The notes under the pieces are model-generated. The model searched no databases and was not told the DNA's origin. It saw nothing but the letters and a program-made list of their open reading frames with translations. Of a DNA stretch of 64,000 nt, positions 39,231 to 52,400 are shown piece by piece. Position 1 is the first letter of the stretch. The number at the start of each line of letters is the position of its first letter. The position numbers were made by a program, and so were the translations under genes. This DNA is from Harriotta raleighana (taxonomy: Eukaryota), in contig JBNZDD010013472.1 of assembly GCA_050575255.1 (NCBI GenBank), positions 569,159-633,158 of the forward strand, in the 5' to 3' direction.

Positions 39231-42200
39231 TTTGAGTATTCAGCTCATAGAGTTTTTTTTTAGAAATAAGATATTAAAGGAAGTGAATCAATTATGCAAA
39301 AAACTGTAGCCTGTCCACATTAACACACATTATAATCTTTCTTTTCAGGCCCTTCCGATTGATGCCTATATCAAATGCAAGGATTATTTATAACTATTAT
39401 TATAATGCCAGAAAACAATCATGGCACAGTGTATGTAAAAGTTCATAATACATATTTCATAATTGGCCCAATTACTAGCTCATACTGCGTGCCTGCATGA
39501 ATGCGTGCGTGAGAGAGAGAAAGAAAGATGGGGTGGGGTACATGTTGAAAATAAAACCGGAGTGAAGATGTATTTACAGCAATGTGCCCATTGATATATC
39601 CAGACATCACTTATTCAGCCTGTCCAGGGAGACAATCTCAAGCTATAAATGTGTCTGATTCCTTGCAGCACTCAAGCTGGTACAACCTTTATCTACCTTT
39701 AGTGATACATAGCAAAGGTGCCCCAAAGCTGTCCAAGCACACGGAAAATATTATCTGTAAATTTCGGGTAAACATTACCAAAAGCAAAAGCTCCCAAGTC
39801 ATTAATGAAAGCCATTGAAGGAAGTGATCCCAATAGGTTCAATGGACAGAGGCGATGGTGAAGAACCACTCCACCAAGGCTCAGATGTTGCTGAGAGGAT
39901 ATCGGAGACAAATAACATTCCCTGTTCCATGCAACAACGAAGTGATAACAAAAACAAATGCATTCACACTGACGATTCCGACATAATGAGTGAGGGAATG
40001 TGTGCTAAATCATCTTGAGCTGCAGAGGATTATAAGATTTGAGGAGGGCACAGAAAGGAGAAACCTTCACTGCTTGTGAGCCAAGATTAATTGGGTCTCT
40101 CAGATCTTCTGGATATTCCACATTTCACGTGGAATACTGTAGCTTAGTGGTTAGAGCACTCACTTTGCAGAAGACGTGAAATGCGCTACATCAAATACAA
40201 CGATTATTATTAGATTATTTTGAATCAGTAAACATTAAAACTAGCAGAAGCAGCCTTTTTGTAAAAAAAAATCCATACTCCATAATTCAAGAGATTACAA
40301 AATATTCCCAACTGTTGACTACATTGAGGGACTTCAGAAACAGGTCGATGTTTTTAATATCCCACAAGCGTGCTGCCTTTCTATTTTAGGACAGCAACAA
40401 CAAAATTACATTTACAGAGAGCGCCTTTCACATCAGGAGGATGTACCAAGGTGGTGGATGGCCTCAATGTGGAACTCGCTGCTGGAAGCTGTAGCTTTCG
40501 AAGCAAAAAGGATCAATGGATTTAAGAGGAAACTTCATGCGTGCACAAGGAGAAAGCAATAGGATGGATGGGATTTGTGTGAAGTATAAACGTTGGCACA
40601 GACCCACCAGTATGGCTGAATGACCCAAATCATTTTACGCAAATCTATGTAATACCCGCAGATCAGAAGCAAAACCAAATTGGTTTATGAAATCTAAAAA
40701 AAAACAATGTGTTATTCGCTCTTGTATGTCCATTAGTGTGGAACAGCTCATTACACCCCAAAAATTAGTGCAATTTTAATTTAAATTATATGGATTGGTA
40801 GGGTGCATAGAATATAAAACCCAGCAGAGAGCCTGGAGAAATTTTACAGCAGCTACAACAGCGCTGAACCACTCAAGTAAATACAGTACATCTAAAACCT
40901 CTTAATTACAACAGTCTTGTGTCCTGTATTCTACAGGCAGAGACTGAAAATAAAATGAATGATCTTTAGCCGGCATGTGAGAATTAATATTTATTGTATC
41001 ACGAGTACAGTTATTCCCACATGCAGTTAACAGACTCGTGCTTTCAGTCATTCGGCACATCATTCAGTGAAAATGATCACATTGATGCAGCTAGCAAGGT
41101 CAGGACATTGTTTTAGCGCACTTTTTTTGGCTTTGAACCAGAAAGTGTGCTGAGTAGAGGGCTAGCTTCTGTTGTCTACCGTGCTAATGCAATATTCTCC
41201 TGATATGATCAGGACTGCACCTTTTACGGAGCTCGGGCATGACTGATATCTATTAACTCCGCTCAACAAATCCATCAGAGTTTACACCGAGAAAGGAAAG
41301 TTATTAAAATGGTGAGGTAGCATGGCTATGTTCAATCAGTGTTTTCTGAATTCTTAGCACTCACGGTCAAGGTAAGATCACTAGACTAAACATCAAAGAC
41401 CAGACCATGACAGCTGGGCTACGCTACTCGTATTCATTGCACTGCACTCAAACCATAAATCGCTCAGGCTTTTAATTTTGCCCCCATTTCCTTACTGTGC
41501 ATTTCGACACAAAAAAAACCTCCCCCCCCCAGCAAACAGAAATTCACCCTTTGATATTGCTGAGCTTTCTCTCGCACCAATTCCTTCCGACATCTCTTCA
41601 TATTACACCAGAGATGCAGTGGTGAAATGTGGCTATAAACCGATCAGGGAAGAATAATACACTGTGTCATCTCAGCACCTGTGCTGACAAACGAACTCCT
41701 CACTGAAAATTCCTACATTAATAAGATTATGTTGTTGGGTTGAAACTACAGAGCAGCGGTTTGTATTATGTCAAGATCCTAAATCTGCTCAGCAACTAAC
41801 CAACTGACAGCTGTGGTCCAACAACCACCTGCTCTTATACAGCGCCTTTCACGTTGGATAAAGCTTCAATGTGCTTTACAGGAATGCTGTGAATCACGGA
41901 GGTGTGAAGAGGAGGGAGCGAAAGTAGGCAGGTGATTGGAAACTCACTCAAAACGTCTAGGTATTTGGAGCATTTGCAAATCAGGGAGAGAGTGAAAGGG
42001 ATTTGGGGGAGGGAGGGAGATCTGAAAATGTGGTTACTGAGCTGAAAATTGAGCATAATAATAATATTATGAATGATAATTAATTAATAATATTAATCAT
42101 TGTATTTGATTTAGCACATTATGATGTCACTGAGACGCTTCAAAGCACTTCACAGGATATATTATATAGAAAATTGCCTGTGTATTTTGGGAGGAAAAAC

Positions 42201-44259
42201 ATCCATCTCCCAACCTACAGAAGCAAAATCTTCAACTCGTGCAGAAATTGACTGGACAGTTTGTGTTGACACTGTTTTGAAACCTTGCAACTGGAGGGTT
42301 TATTAAGCTTGTCCACAAAACACTGGTGCAAACGTGGCAGCTAACACGGAACTGACATTCTTGATTAAAGCACTCTAGAGCAACTGTCAATATTGCGAGC
42401 TTTATTCAAACTGAACTCAAATACAATGAAGGATAAAAGTTGCAGGGCAAGTTATCCAGACCATGAAGGAACACTTAGAAAAACTGTTGTGCAACAAGAG
42501 GATCTGAAATGTCAATACTGTAATAACAAATCCTTGCCAGTGGTTTTCATGTCTTCTAGATGCCTCAAAGCGCCTCATAGAATATGCTGTAATGTGAATA
42601 GACTGTAATTCGTATCCAAAACTCACCAGCCAGTTGCACACAGCAGTGTCAATCAAAATTACATTTATATAGCGCCTTCCATGTCGGGAGGACGTTCCAA
42701 GGCGTTGCATAGTTAGGTAGGGACCAGACAGACCGGGGGGGGGGGGATAGGGTGTCGTGGGAAGGAGCGTAAGAGAATTGACTGTATAGTATCCCCACAA
42801 ACAGTTGTGGACTGAAGATTTTTTTGTGTAGGGGAAGGGGCTACGTGGATTCTTAGCCCGGAAAATGATGCATCAATCGACAAACAAGAGTTTCCTACTA
42901 TCGTTAGGTAAACAGAGGCTTGTGTGCGTAGTGTTAGGAATCTTGCCTAAGGTTTCAATGCACAGAAACTTATTATTTTATGATGAGTGAATTTATTCCA
43001 GGTCTCAAACATATGGGGTTACTTTTTCTCTTGCAGATGATTTTGACCTATAAAAAAGTGGAAATGGCTAAATGCCCTACTTCCATCTCACATGAAGATT
43101 TTGAGTGCCAAAAAAAAAACATTCGGACATACACTAAAGCTCTGCTGAAATCTCAAAAATAGTGTATGTCGTACTGCAAAATATTAGTGGCAAAATGCTA
43201 GACTGTGGACGGCTCTGAAACACAATTATATTCTGTGCGCACAGCGCAGGAGGCCATTTGGTTGAAACACCTGTGCTTCTGCAAGATCCACCTGCTCTAA
43301 TGACAGAGCTTACAATGCTGAATACCAATTTACATTTATATAGAACCTTTCAAGTCGGGAGGACGTCCACAGAACTGAAATTGTTTTTCCAATTCCCTTG
43401 TAAATGCAGATAGTACAGATGCACTTCCAAGGAAGTTACATACTTGACAGTGAAGGAGAATAGAAGGCTGCGGGAGGGAGAAAGAAAGGAGTGAGTGAAG
43501 ACTTCTGTGGAATATAAATAATAATAATACTTGCATTTGATATAGCGCTTTTCACATCTTCTAGATGTCTCAAAGCGCGTCTTAGAATATACTGTATTGA
43601 CTGTATATTTGTAGGCGCAAAGCAGTGTCCCACAAACAATCGTGGATTGAAATAATCAATGTTATTATTGTGTTTTGGGGGGGATTACTATTAGGCGTAA
43701 ACACAGACTGGTTGGACCAAATTTGCATAATTAGATATTTAACGCTCCACCTCAACAGCCCGACAACACCACAGTTTAATATCAAACCTGAATGTCAGTA
43801 CCTCCGACAACCTATCTCTCTGTATATACACAGTACACCCTCATTGTACATTATATCCCCTATGAAATGTATACCATTGCTTGCTTTGCATATGTAAAGT
43901 ATTCCGCCTCCCTGAGCTTGCATGAACAGTATGCCCTCTCCTGCTCTACATACGCATTATATCCTTTGAGTAAAGTTACAGTACACCCTGTAACATGCAG
44001 TACACATACACTATACGTGTGTGGGTAAAGTATTGTCCTTTTTTCTGATGTACAGTAGACCCTGTGAGTACATGTACAGTACACCCTCTCTGCTCTCCCT
44101 GTACCTCTATAGTATACATGTATTGTATCTTCTCGCTCTGATGCACAGTATGCCTTGCACAGTATACCTCTCTCTGGTATACAGTCTATGCCCTGTGCTG
44201 TGTATTAACATGTACATCCTCTCGCCCATGTATACCCGTGTCTGTGTATATACACTGAG

Positions 44260-44540
44260 GCCCCCATCCTCGCCCAACTCCATTGGCTCCCCATAACCCA
44301 GAGGATTCAATTCAAGATCCTGGTTCTCACACTCAAAACCCTCCACAACCTCAACCCCCCCACCACCCCACCCTACCTCTCCTAAGCCCTGACCAACCTG
44401 CCCATCCCGATCTCCACTCAGCAGGCTCTGGCCTGCTCCAAGTCCGCTGACCCATCCGCCCCATCATTGGTGGGTGATCCTTCAGCCACTCTGCCCCCAA
44501 CCTCTGGAATCCCATCCCGACTCAAGACCCCTCCTCTCTT
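44260..44540 (+). mobile_element. L2 LINE ORF2 C-terminal fragment
   Basis: Translates PILAQLHWLPITQRIQFKILVLTLKTLHNL (L2 LHWLP..RI.FK motif). Confidence 0.85.
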
Positions 44541-44544
44541 TTCG

Positions 44545-46232
44545 ACCATCCCAGTGACAGTATACCCTCCCCCTTCCTGCTGTACAGTAATACTCTTCCC
44601 CTTGGTGTTTACAGTTATACCCTCTCCCCCTCCCCCCATCAGTATACATTGATACCCCCCCTCTCCCCACCGCCAGTTTAGTGACCCCTCTCTCTCCCCC
44701 TCACCCAGGTATACAGTGACACCCTCTCCCCCTCAGTATACAGTAGCACACCCTCTCCTCCCCCACCCCATAGAATACAGTGACACCCTCTCCCCCTCAG
44801 TATACAGTAACACACCCTCTCCTCCCCCCCCCCATAGAATACAGTGACACCCTCCCCCCCCCCGTATACAGTGACCCCCTCTCCCCCCCAGTATAGTGGC
44901 ACACCCTCTCTCCCCCCCAGTATACAGTGACACACCCTCCCCCCAATATACAGTGAGACCCCTTCCCCACCAGTATAGTGACAGCCCCCCCTTCCCCCAG
45001 TATACAGTAACACCCCCTCCCCCCAATATAGTGACACACCCTCTCTCCCCCCAGTATAAAGTGACACCCCCTCCCCCCCAATATGCAGTGACACCCCCTC
45101 CCCCCAGTATACAGTGAGCCCCCCTCCCCCCAGAATACAGTGAGACCCCCTTCCCCCAGTATACAGTGACACCCCCTTCCCCCAGTATACCGTGACACCC
45201 CNNNNNNNNNNNNNNNNNNNNNNNNNNNNNNNNNNNNCCCCAGTATACAGTGACACCCTCCCCTTCCTCCCCCTCCCCCCAGTATACAGTGACACCCTCC
45301 CCTTCCTCCCCCTCCCCCCAGTATACAGTGACACCCTCCCCTTCCTCCCCCTCCCCCCAGTATACAGTGACACCCTCCCCTTCCTCCCCCTCCCCCCAGT
45401 ATACAGTGACACCCTCCCCTTCCTCCCCCTCCCCCCAGTATACAGTGACACCCTCCCCTTCCTCCCCCTCCCCCCAGTATACAGTGACACCCTCCCCTTC
45501 CTCCCCCTCCCCCCAGTATACAGTGACACCCTCCCCTTCCTCCCCCTCCCCCCAGTATACAGTGACACCCTCCCCTTCCTCCCCCTCCCCCCAGTATACA
45601 GTGACACCCTCCCCTTCCTCCCCCTCCCCCCAGTATACAGTGACACCCTCCCCTTCCTCCCCCTCCCCCCAGTATACAGTGACACCCTCCCCTTCCTCCC
45701 CCTCCCCCCAGTATACAGTGACACCCTCCCCTTCCTCCCCCTCCCCCCAGTATACAGTGACACCCTCCCCTTCCTCCCCCTCCCCCCAGTATACAGTGAC
45801 ACCCTCCCCTTCCTCCCCCTCCCCCCAGTATACAGTGACACCCTCCCCTTCCTCCCCCTCCCCCCAGTATACAGTGACACCCTCCCCTTCCTCCCCCTCC
45901 CCCCAGTATACAGTGACACCCTCCCCTTCCTCCCCCTCCCCCCAGTATACAGTGACACCCTCCCCTTCCTCCCCCTCCCCCCAGTATACAGTGACACCCT
46001 CCCCTTCCTCCCCCTCCCCCCAGTATACAGTGACACCCTCCCCTTCCTCCCCCTCCCCCCAGTATACAGTGACACCCTCCCCTTCCTCCCCCTCCCCCCA
46101 GTATACAGTGACACCCTCCCCTTCCTCCCCCTCCCCCCAGTATACAGTGACACCCTCCCCTTCCTCCCCCTCCCCCCAGTATACAGTGACACCCTTCCCC
46201 CCCCCCCACCCACAGAGTATACAGTGACCCCC
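44545..46232. repeat. 39-bp C-rich minisatellite in GOLM2 intron 1
   Basis: Unit cagtatacagtgacaccctccccttcctccccctccccc, about 24-25 perfect copies from 45238, with variable-length degenerate copies at 44545-45201. Confidence 0.97.
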
Positions 46233-46258
46233 CCATCCCCCCCCTCCCCCTCTCTGAC

Positions 46259-46411
46259 CTGGATGTGCAGCTCGGCCAGCTCCCGCTGCAGGCCGCCGTG
46301 TTTGCCTGACATGACCCAGTAGTTGAAGCCCAGGATGCCGATCAGCAGCAGGAGGCCGATCAGCAGGAGCGAGGGCACGCGGCCTCCGCGCCGGCTGTTC
46401 CCGAACATCAT
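46259..46411 (-). CDS. GOLM2: GOLM2/CASC4 coding exon 1 (cytoplasmic tail, type II signal-anchor, start of coiled coil)
   Basis: Encodes MMFGNSRRGGRVPSLLLIGLLLLIGILGFNYWVMSGKHGGLQRELAELHIQ, recognisably the CASC4 N-terminus (R.PSL...FNYW...H..LQ.E.AEL). 153 nt, donor CAG|GTCAGA, phase 0. Confidence 0.95.
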
Positions 46412-46541
46412 CCCCCCGGGCGGCGGGGAGGGGGGTGGGGGGAGACAGGGACCGACCTCGAGTGACAGGAGACCGGGAGGGAGGGTGTGGGGAGTGGGAG
46501 GGTGTCGTGGGGGAGGGGAGGGTTGAGTTGAGGGGAGACAG

Positions 46542-46572
<31 letters not shown>

Positions 46573-47400
46573 CTTCGAGCCTGTCAGGTGTCGCGGTGAG
46601 GAGTGAGAGGACAGTCAGTCGGTCGGTCGGTCGGTCGGTCGGTCGGGACAGGCCCGAGGCCGGCCACCCCCCCTCCCCTCCCTNGTCAGGTGTCGCGGTG
46701 AGGAGTGAGAGGACAGTCAGTCAGTCGGTCGGGACAGGCCCGAGGCCGGCCACCCCCCCTCCCCTCCCTCGCTCCCTCCCTCCCTCCCGGGGTCTCTTCA
46801 CGGGAGTCTTGCCACCAAAACGGAGGATAGAGGGAAGAGGGGAAAGGAGGAGAAAAAGAGAGGGCCCTCCCGCCCTCACTCCTTCCTTCCTCGCGCGCCC
46901 TCACCAACCGCCGCCCCCCGACCGTTAAATAAGATTGACCGACCGCGCTGTTTTTTTTCGCTGGTCCCGAACCCGCGACCGCCTGATTTAACGACGCCGC
47001 GCACGCGCAGATGAGATGAGGGAAGGCGGTAGGGAGAGAGCTTTATTTTTTCCTTCTCGTCGCCGGCCGACCGACCCGGACCCCCGACCCTGACCCGCGT
47101 TGAGTGACTTGACTCTCTCTGACTGACTGCACTGAGTGTGAAAGGGTGAATGGGACCCCGCTTACGAGTGAGGGTTTGGGTGATGAGCGCGCACTAACCT
47201 GCTACCACTAGGGAAGGGTGGGGGGGGGGGCGGGGCGCGCCATTGTGACATCACGAGGATCAACCAATCACGCCGCGGTCCCCCCAATCCAGTCGACTCC
47301 CTATTGGTCCATCCCTCCTCCCCGGCCACGGATCGGATCGGACCCGCCCACTGTCAGGTTCGGGTGAGAGCGCGCACTACTACTGTACTTCCGCACTCGT
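46412..47400 (-). promoter_or_regulatory. GOLM2 CpG-island promoter and 5' UTR
   Basis: CpG-rich. GC box near 47227-47236, CRE-like GTGACATCAC 47245-47254, CCAAT at 47264 and 47284, ATTGG at 47303, NRF1-like GCGCACGCGC near 47000. Confidence 0.75.
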
Positions 47401-47492
47401 TGGATATGGTTAAAGGGCTGCTGGTGGCTGGTTGCCATCCCTGACATCCCTGTCTTCAAGGATGTGACTCTGACAATGGCAACTACCACGGC

Positions 47493-48185
47493 CCAACCAA
47501 CACTAACCAACCAACCATCCAATACTAACCAACCAACACTAACCAACCAACCATCCAATACTAACCAACCAACACTAACCAACCATCCAATACTAACCAA
47601 CCAACACTAACCAACCAACCATCCAATACTAACCAACCAACACTAACCAACCATCCAATACTAACCAACCAACACTAACCAACCATCCAATACTAACCAA
47701 CCAACACCAACCATCCAATACTAACCAACCAACACTAACCAACCAACCATCCAATAGTAACCAACCAACCAACCATCCAATACAAACCAACCAACCAATA
47801 CTTACCAACCAACACTAGCCAACACTAACCAACCAACACGAACCAACCATCCAATACTAACCAACCAACACTAACCAACCAACTATCCAATGCAAACCAA
47901 CCAATACTTACCAACCAACCAACCAACACCAACCAACCAATACTTACCAACCAACCAACACTAACCAACCAATCATCCAATACTAACCAATCAACCAACC
48001 AACTCTAACCAATCAACCAATACTTACCAACCAACCAATACTTACCAACCAACACCAACCAAACAACACTAACCAACCAACACTAACCAATCAACCAATA
48101 CTTACCAACCAACCAATACTTACCAACCAACCCTAACCAAACAACCAACCAACCACAAGTAACCAACACTAACCAACCAACCACC
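47493..48185. repeat. (ACCA)n-based compound satellite upstream of the GOLM2 promoter
   Basis: About 700 bp essentially without G, built from aacc, ccatccaatact and acact units. Confidence 0.95.
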
Positions 48186-48289
48186 AGCCCCTGTCCTTCC
48201 TCTACTTGCATTGTTAATCTAGCCCTCTCTTCTCCCACCCCTAGCTTCTTTCTGTTGCACACATATCGCCCCACCTCTGATTAAGGTGG

Positions 48290-48552
48290 CAACTCAATGG
48301 TTAGAGCGCTCGCCTTACAAGCGAGATACCTGGGGGGCGGGGGGGGGTCAGGGCGAAATGCCCGGTAATAATCCCTCCATTAAAAAAAATCAATAATAAA
48401 TTGGACAACGAGTTTGTTGTGGTGTGCGCGATTGGCTGCCACGTTTCGCCCCACAAATATACAGTCAATTCACTGTACTGTATATTCTGTGAAGCGTTTT
48501 GAGACGTCTAGAATTCGTGAAAAGAGCTATATCAATCGCAAGGATTGTTATT
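48290..48552 (+). mobile_element. Deu-SINE, degenerate
   Basis: Head and tail recognisable. Confidence 0.8.
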
Positions 48553-50026
48553 TCTGTAATTCACATTACACATATGAGTACTGCACACACACAGGTGAAC
48601 TTCAGTGCTGCACCTGTTCAAGTAAAATACACATAAGGCAAAACTTTTAACACAGTCCTGCGAATAATAATCCTTGCATTTGATATAGCGCCTTATCACC
48701 TCGTTGAGATGACTCAAAGCGCTTCAGTATTATTCAGAAGTTGAATAAATTCTGTATTGTAGAATGAGTCCAGAAGAGATCAGCTTTATAAATATGAGAT
48801 TGAGAGCCTGGTAGTTACTTTACATTAAAAAGTACTGGATTATTATAAGATTAATAATAATGCTTGCATCTGATATATTGAGATGACTCGAGACGCTTCA
48901 CAAAATGTACTGCATATTTGAGATGTCCTCTCAACACGAAAGTCCTTATATAAAATGCAAGGATTATTGGTATTTTCATAGCTGCCGATTTCCATCACTT
49001 GAAAATACAGACATGTATTTTCAGGACCGTAATCTCATCAACAAGTTGAGGGACGCCGTATTGGGAATAATAGACACAAGGGAAATGAGTGAGAAAGCTG
49101 GAGTTTAATCAATGGGTGCAGATGGTTTGTTCCCAATGTAATGTTTGCCTGGGAGCAATGCTAAGGTAGGAATATAATGAAAGGATTTAGATATACAAGC
49201 ATAATTTGAATGTTAGATTCCAGGTTTTTTCTCCCCTGTGTAGAATATAATTGTCCACGAATCCTGAGAGGGTTTGCACTGTAGTTTTAATTAGTTTCTA
49301 TGATTACAATTGGGTCAGTGCTGACACTGTGTTAGTTTGTGGTGCCTGCCACCCCCCACCACCCCCGCTCCCACTTCCCCCCGCCACTATTCTTCCATCC
49401 CTCACATTCACACTTTCCCCCCCACTCTCTCCGGCTGCCCTTCACTTCACTTCTCCCCACCCCCCGTTCCCCCTCCCGCCACCCCTATTTACAAATGACC
49501 ATGAAGAAATTTGCTTCATTTAACAGCGGGCGATGGGAATCATACCGTTTAGAAAAAAGTACAGTAAAGCAACATTCTCAAGATAAATAAATAGCGCAAG
49601 TTGCCTGCTACATTCACCAAGAAAGTCACAACACTTTACAGTAGATCCTGCTTCGAGACGTTTTTCGACCGGCGAGCTAAAGCGCTGTGTCATCGTTTGC
49701 CAGGATTATTGCTGCATTCATGACCCTTGTCCTATCTGTGGCGAACATTTATTATTCAATCAACCAGGGCCGTCAGAAAGGGCAATAACAATCTTGTTGA
49801 TGAACAGATTTTATAATTAGATGAGATGTAAAAACAATTACAAGCTGAGGGCACACCTTGTTATTTCTTCCCTCTGTGCAAAGCAGTTTTGCTGTAGATT
49901 AGCAATGGCCAACCTTAGCCATTGACCTTAGAAACTACAGCCTCCATCATTAGCAGCGTTTCACAACAGCTATTTTTTTGTCCCTCGCTTTCTGATATCT
50001 TCTCAATAATAATGATATAGTATAAT

Positions 50027-51020
50027 AAATAATAATCCTTGCGTTTGATATAGCGCTTTTTTTGTCTTCTAGATGTCCCAAAGCACTTCACGGAATATAC
50101 TGTAAAGTTAATTGACTGTATATATTTATGGGCGAAACGCAGCAGCCAATTGCGCACAGCAGCGTCCCCCCCACAAACAGTCGGTGGATTGAAAATGAAC
50201 AATTTAATTATTATGTTTTTTTTTAGGGATTATTATTATTACTCATGTGGAGTAATGAAACTTGCCCAAGGTTTCTCCCTGACCTGCCTGGATTCAAATG
50301 CACGCTTTTAAGGCGAGTGCTCTAACCATTCAATCCACGAGCGTTTGTGGGGCATTGCTGTGTGCGATAATTGGCCACTGCGTTTCACCCACAAAATACA
50401 CAGCCAAACCACTTTACAGGGTACTTTGGGGAAGTGCTTTGAGATGGTTCGACAATGTGATAGATAAGGTGTTATCTGAAATGCAAGGGTCAATATAGTG
50501 CTGTTATATTATTATAATGCCTGTGTACCTTTGTGCGTCTATCACTGCTTGCCATATGTTTGTGTGCATGGATCTTACCTGGGCTCGTTCTGGGCTCGTC
50601 AGCAATTATAAGGTGGCTGCATCACCGAGAGAGCAAGCCTTGAAATTCCTCCTAGTCTCAGCTCCTTGAGGCCATATCATCTTAACAACAACATCAACAA
50701 CAAAATAACAATAATAAACCTTGCATTTGATATGGCGCTTTTCAATCTTATCGACATCTCAAAGTCCTTCACAGAATATACTGTAAAGTGAATTGACTAT
50801 TTTTGTTGGCGAAATTCGGCAGCCAATTATGCACAGCAGCGTCCCCACGAACAGATGTGGATTGAAATGATTTTTTTTGTTGAGGGGGGGGAAGGGATTA
50901 TTATTAGGGGTGCGTGTGAAGTAAGGAAACTTGCCCAAGGTTTCGCCCTGACCTGGCTGCATTTGAACACAGATCGCACGCTTGTAAGGCGAATGCTCTA
51001 ACCACTGAGCTACAGGAGAC
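50027..51020. mobile_element. SINE cluster: minus 50027-50328, plus fragment about 50328-50490, minus 50709-51020
   Basis: Matches to the in-window consensus. Confidence 0.85.
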
Positions 51021-52400
51021 TCCTGTATAGTGGTTTTCATGTCGGGAGGACGTCCCAAAGCGCTGATTTTACGATTTTGGTTAAGGTTGCGCAGGATGCC
51101 ATTGTGATTTGAGAAACCAAATGAAACCCCACCTTCCCTTAAAACAAAACCCTGACCCACGCTCCGAGAAGCCAATTTCTGTGCGTAGAACAGCAAGCTA
51201 TAGAGTCCTCATTAGCAGACACGCTGGGCGAGCCAATCTCCTTATCGTGTGCCCCCGTCACATTTTTAGCATCTCGTTCTCAGGTTAACATCAGAAAGTT
51301 GAGGCTCCTGCATAAATATTGCAGCGGATTACACAGGCTACAAAAAGACACAGACACGAAGCTCAGTCTCGAGAGGCTATGTTCCTTGAATCATTAAGTC
51401 CACCGCAATACAATATCTCAGTCCCGCGGCAACGAAGGACACTTAAAATGATGATTTATTCTTTCTTATTTGCCGTGGGTTTTTGGGGGGGGCTCCTGCT
51501 AATAAGGGTTGGCAGCTGCCAATGAGTAGAGGAGTGTAGAGAGCACTTTGACTTTGCCCGGTTGAATAATAATAGCGATGATAATCCTTGCATTTTGCAA
51601 TTCCTTGCGTTCTTCTAGACGTCTCGAAATCGCTTCGCTGAATGTGCTGCAAGGTGAATTGGCTGTCTTATTTGGTTCGGCGATATTTTATGAACGAACC
51701 TGTTACAGAAAAATAACCGAAGTGACACAACCAACTCGCCACAGGCCAGTGCCCACAATAACAGATAATCTTCCTCGTAACCTGTGTTGCCCGTCTGTGT
51801 GAAGAAATGTATCCTGGTGTACCCATCCTGAACTGATCCCTTCACTCTCCCGGCCCGAACCTGTGCCCTCCGCTCTTTTTCCTGTTGTCTGCACATAACT
51901 GAAGGTCCTGGATCATCACAGCTGTACTTTTCCCAACTCCGCAGGAGACTTGAAACAAGTCTGTAAGGCCATATCTTTTGATGGACGAAAGAGTTTTATT
52001 GCAGGATATGGATCTGTAAAATCGCGGCGTCCCAGCCACTTGCTGCAGTCGACTCACTGGCAATAAAACCGCTTATCTGATTAACTCTTGAGGTACTTGG
52101 ATCGTAAATCCTGTTTCTCGCACACCTTTCAATGCTCTGAGGTTCTCATTTGCCCATACCACCCTCCCACCTGTCCTCTCTGACGTAACGAGATCGATCC
52201 GCGCCCTGGCTTCGCGGTGGAGAAAAGGTTGAGTGGAGTTGAGTTGACTGGTGATTCCTGGGCTCTGGCAATTTGCCACCCAGCGGAGGGAGTAGAACAT
52301 TGCAACCACAATATTGTGTCTCAAACATTCATGCTTGTTTTTTTTCAAAATTTGCAAAATATCCAAAGTGCTAAATAATCATCATCAGAATCAGAATCAG

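Noticed and set aside
44545-46232. CRISPR-like repeat/spacer look and long repetitive ORFs on both strands
   Set aside because: The spacers are identical or simple C-run variants, there are no cas genes, and the context is a vertebrate intron. It is a minisatellite with a 3n unit.
46583-46770. About 100-bp direct duplication in the GOLM2 leader
   Set aside because: Single N at 46684 between the copies, which differ only in the microsatellite. Likely two haplotypes joined.
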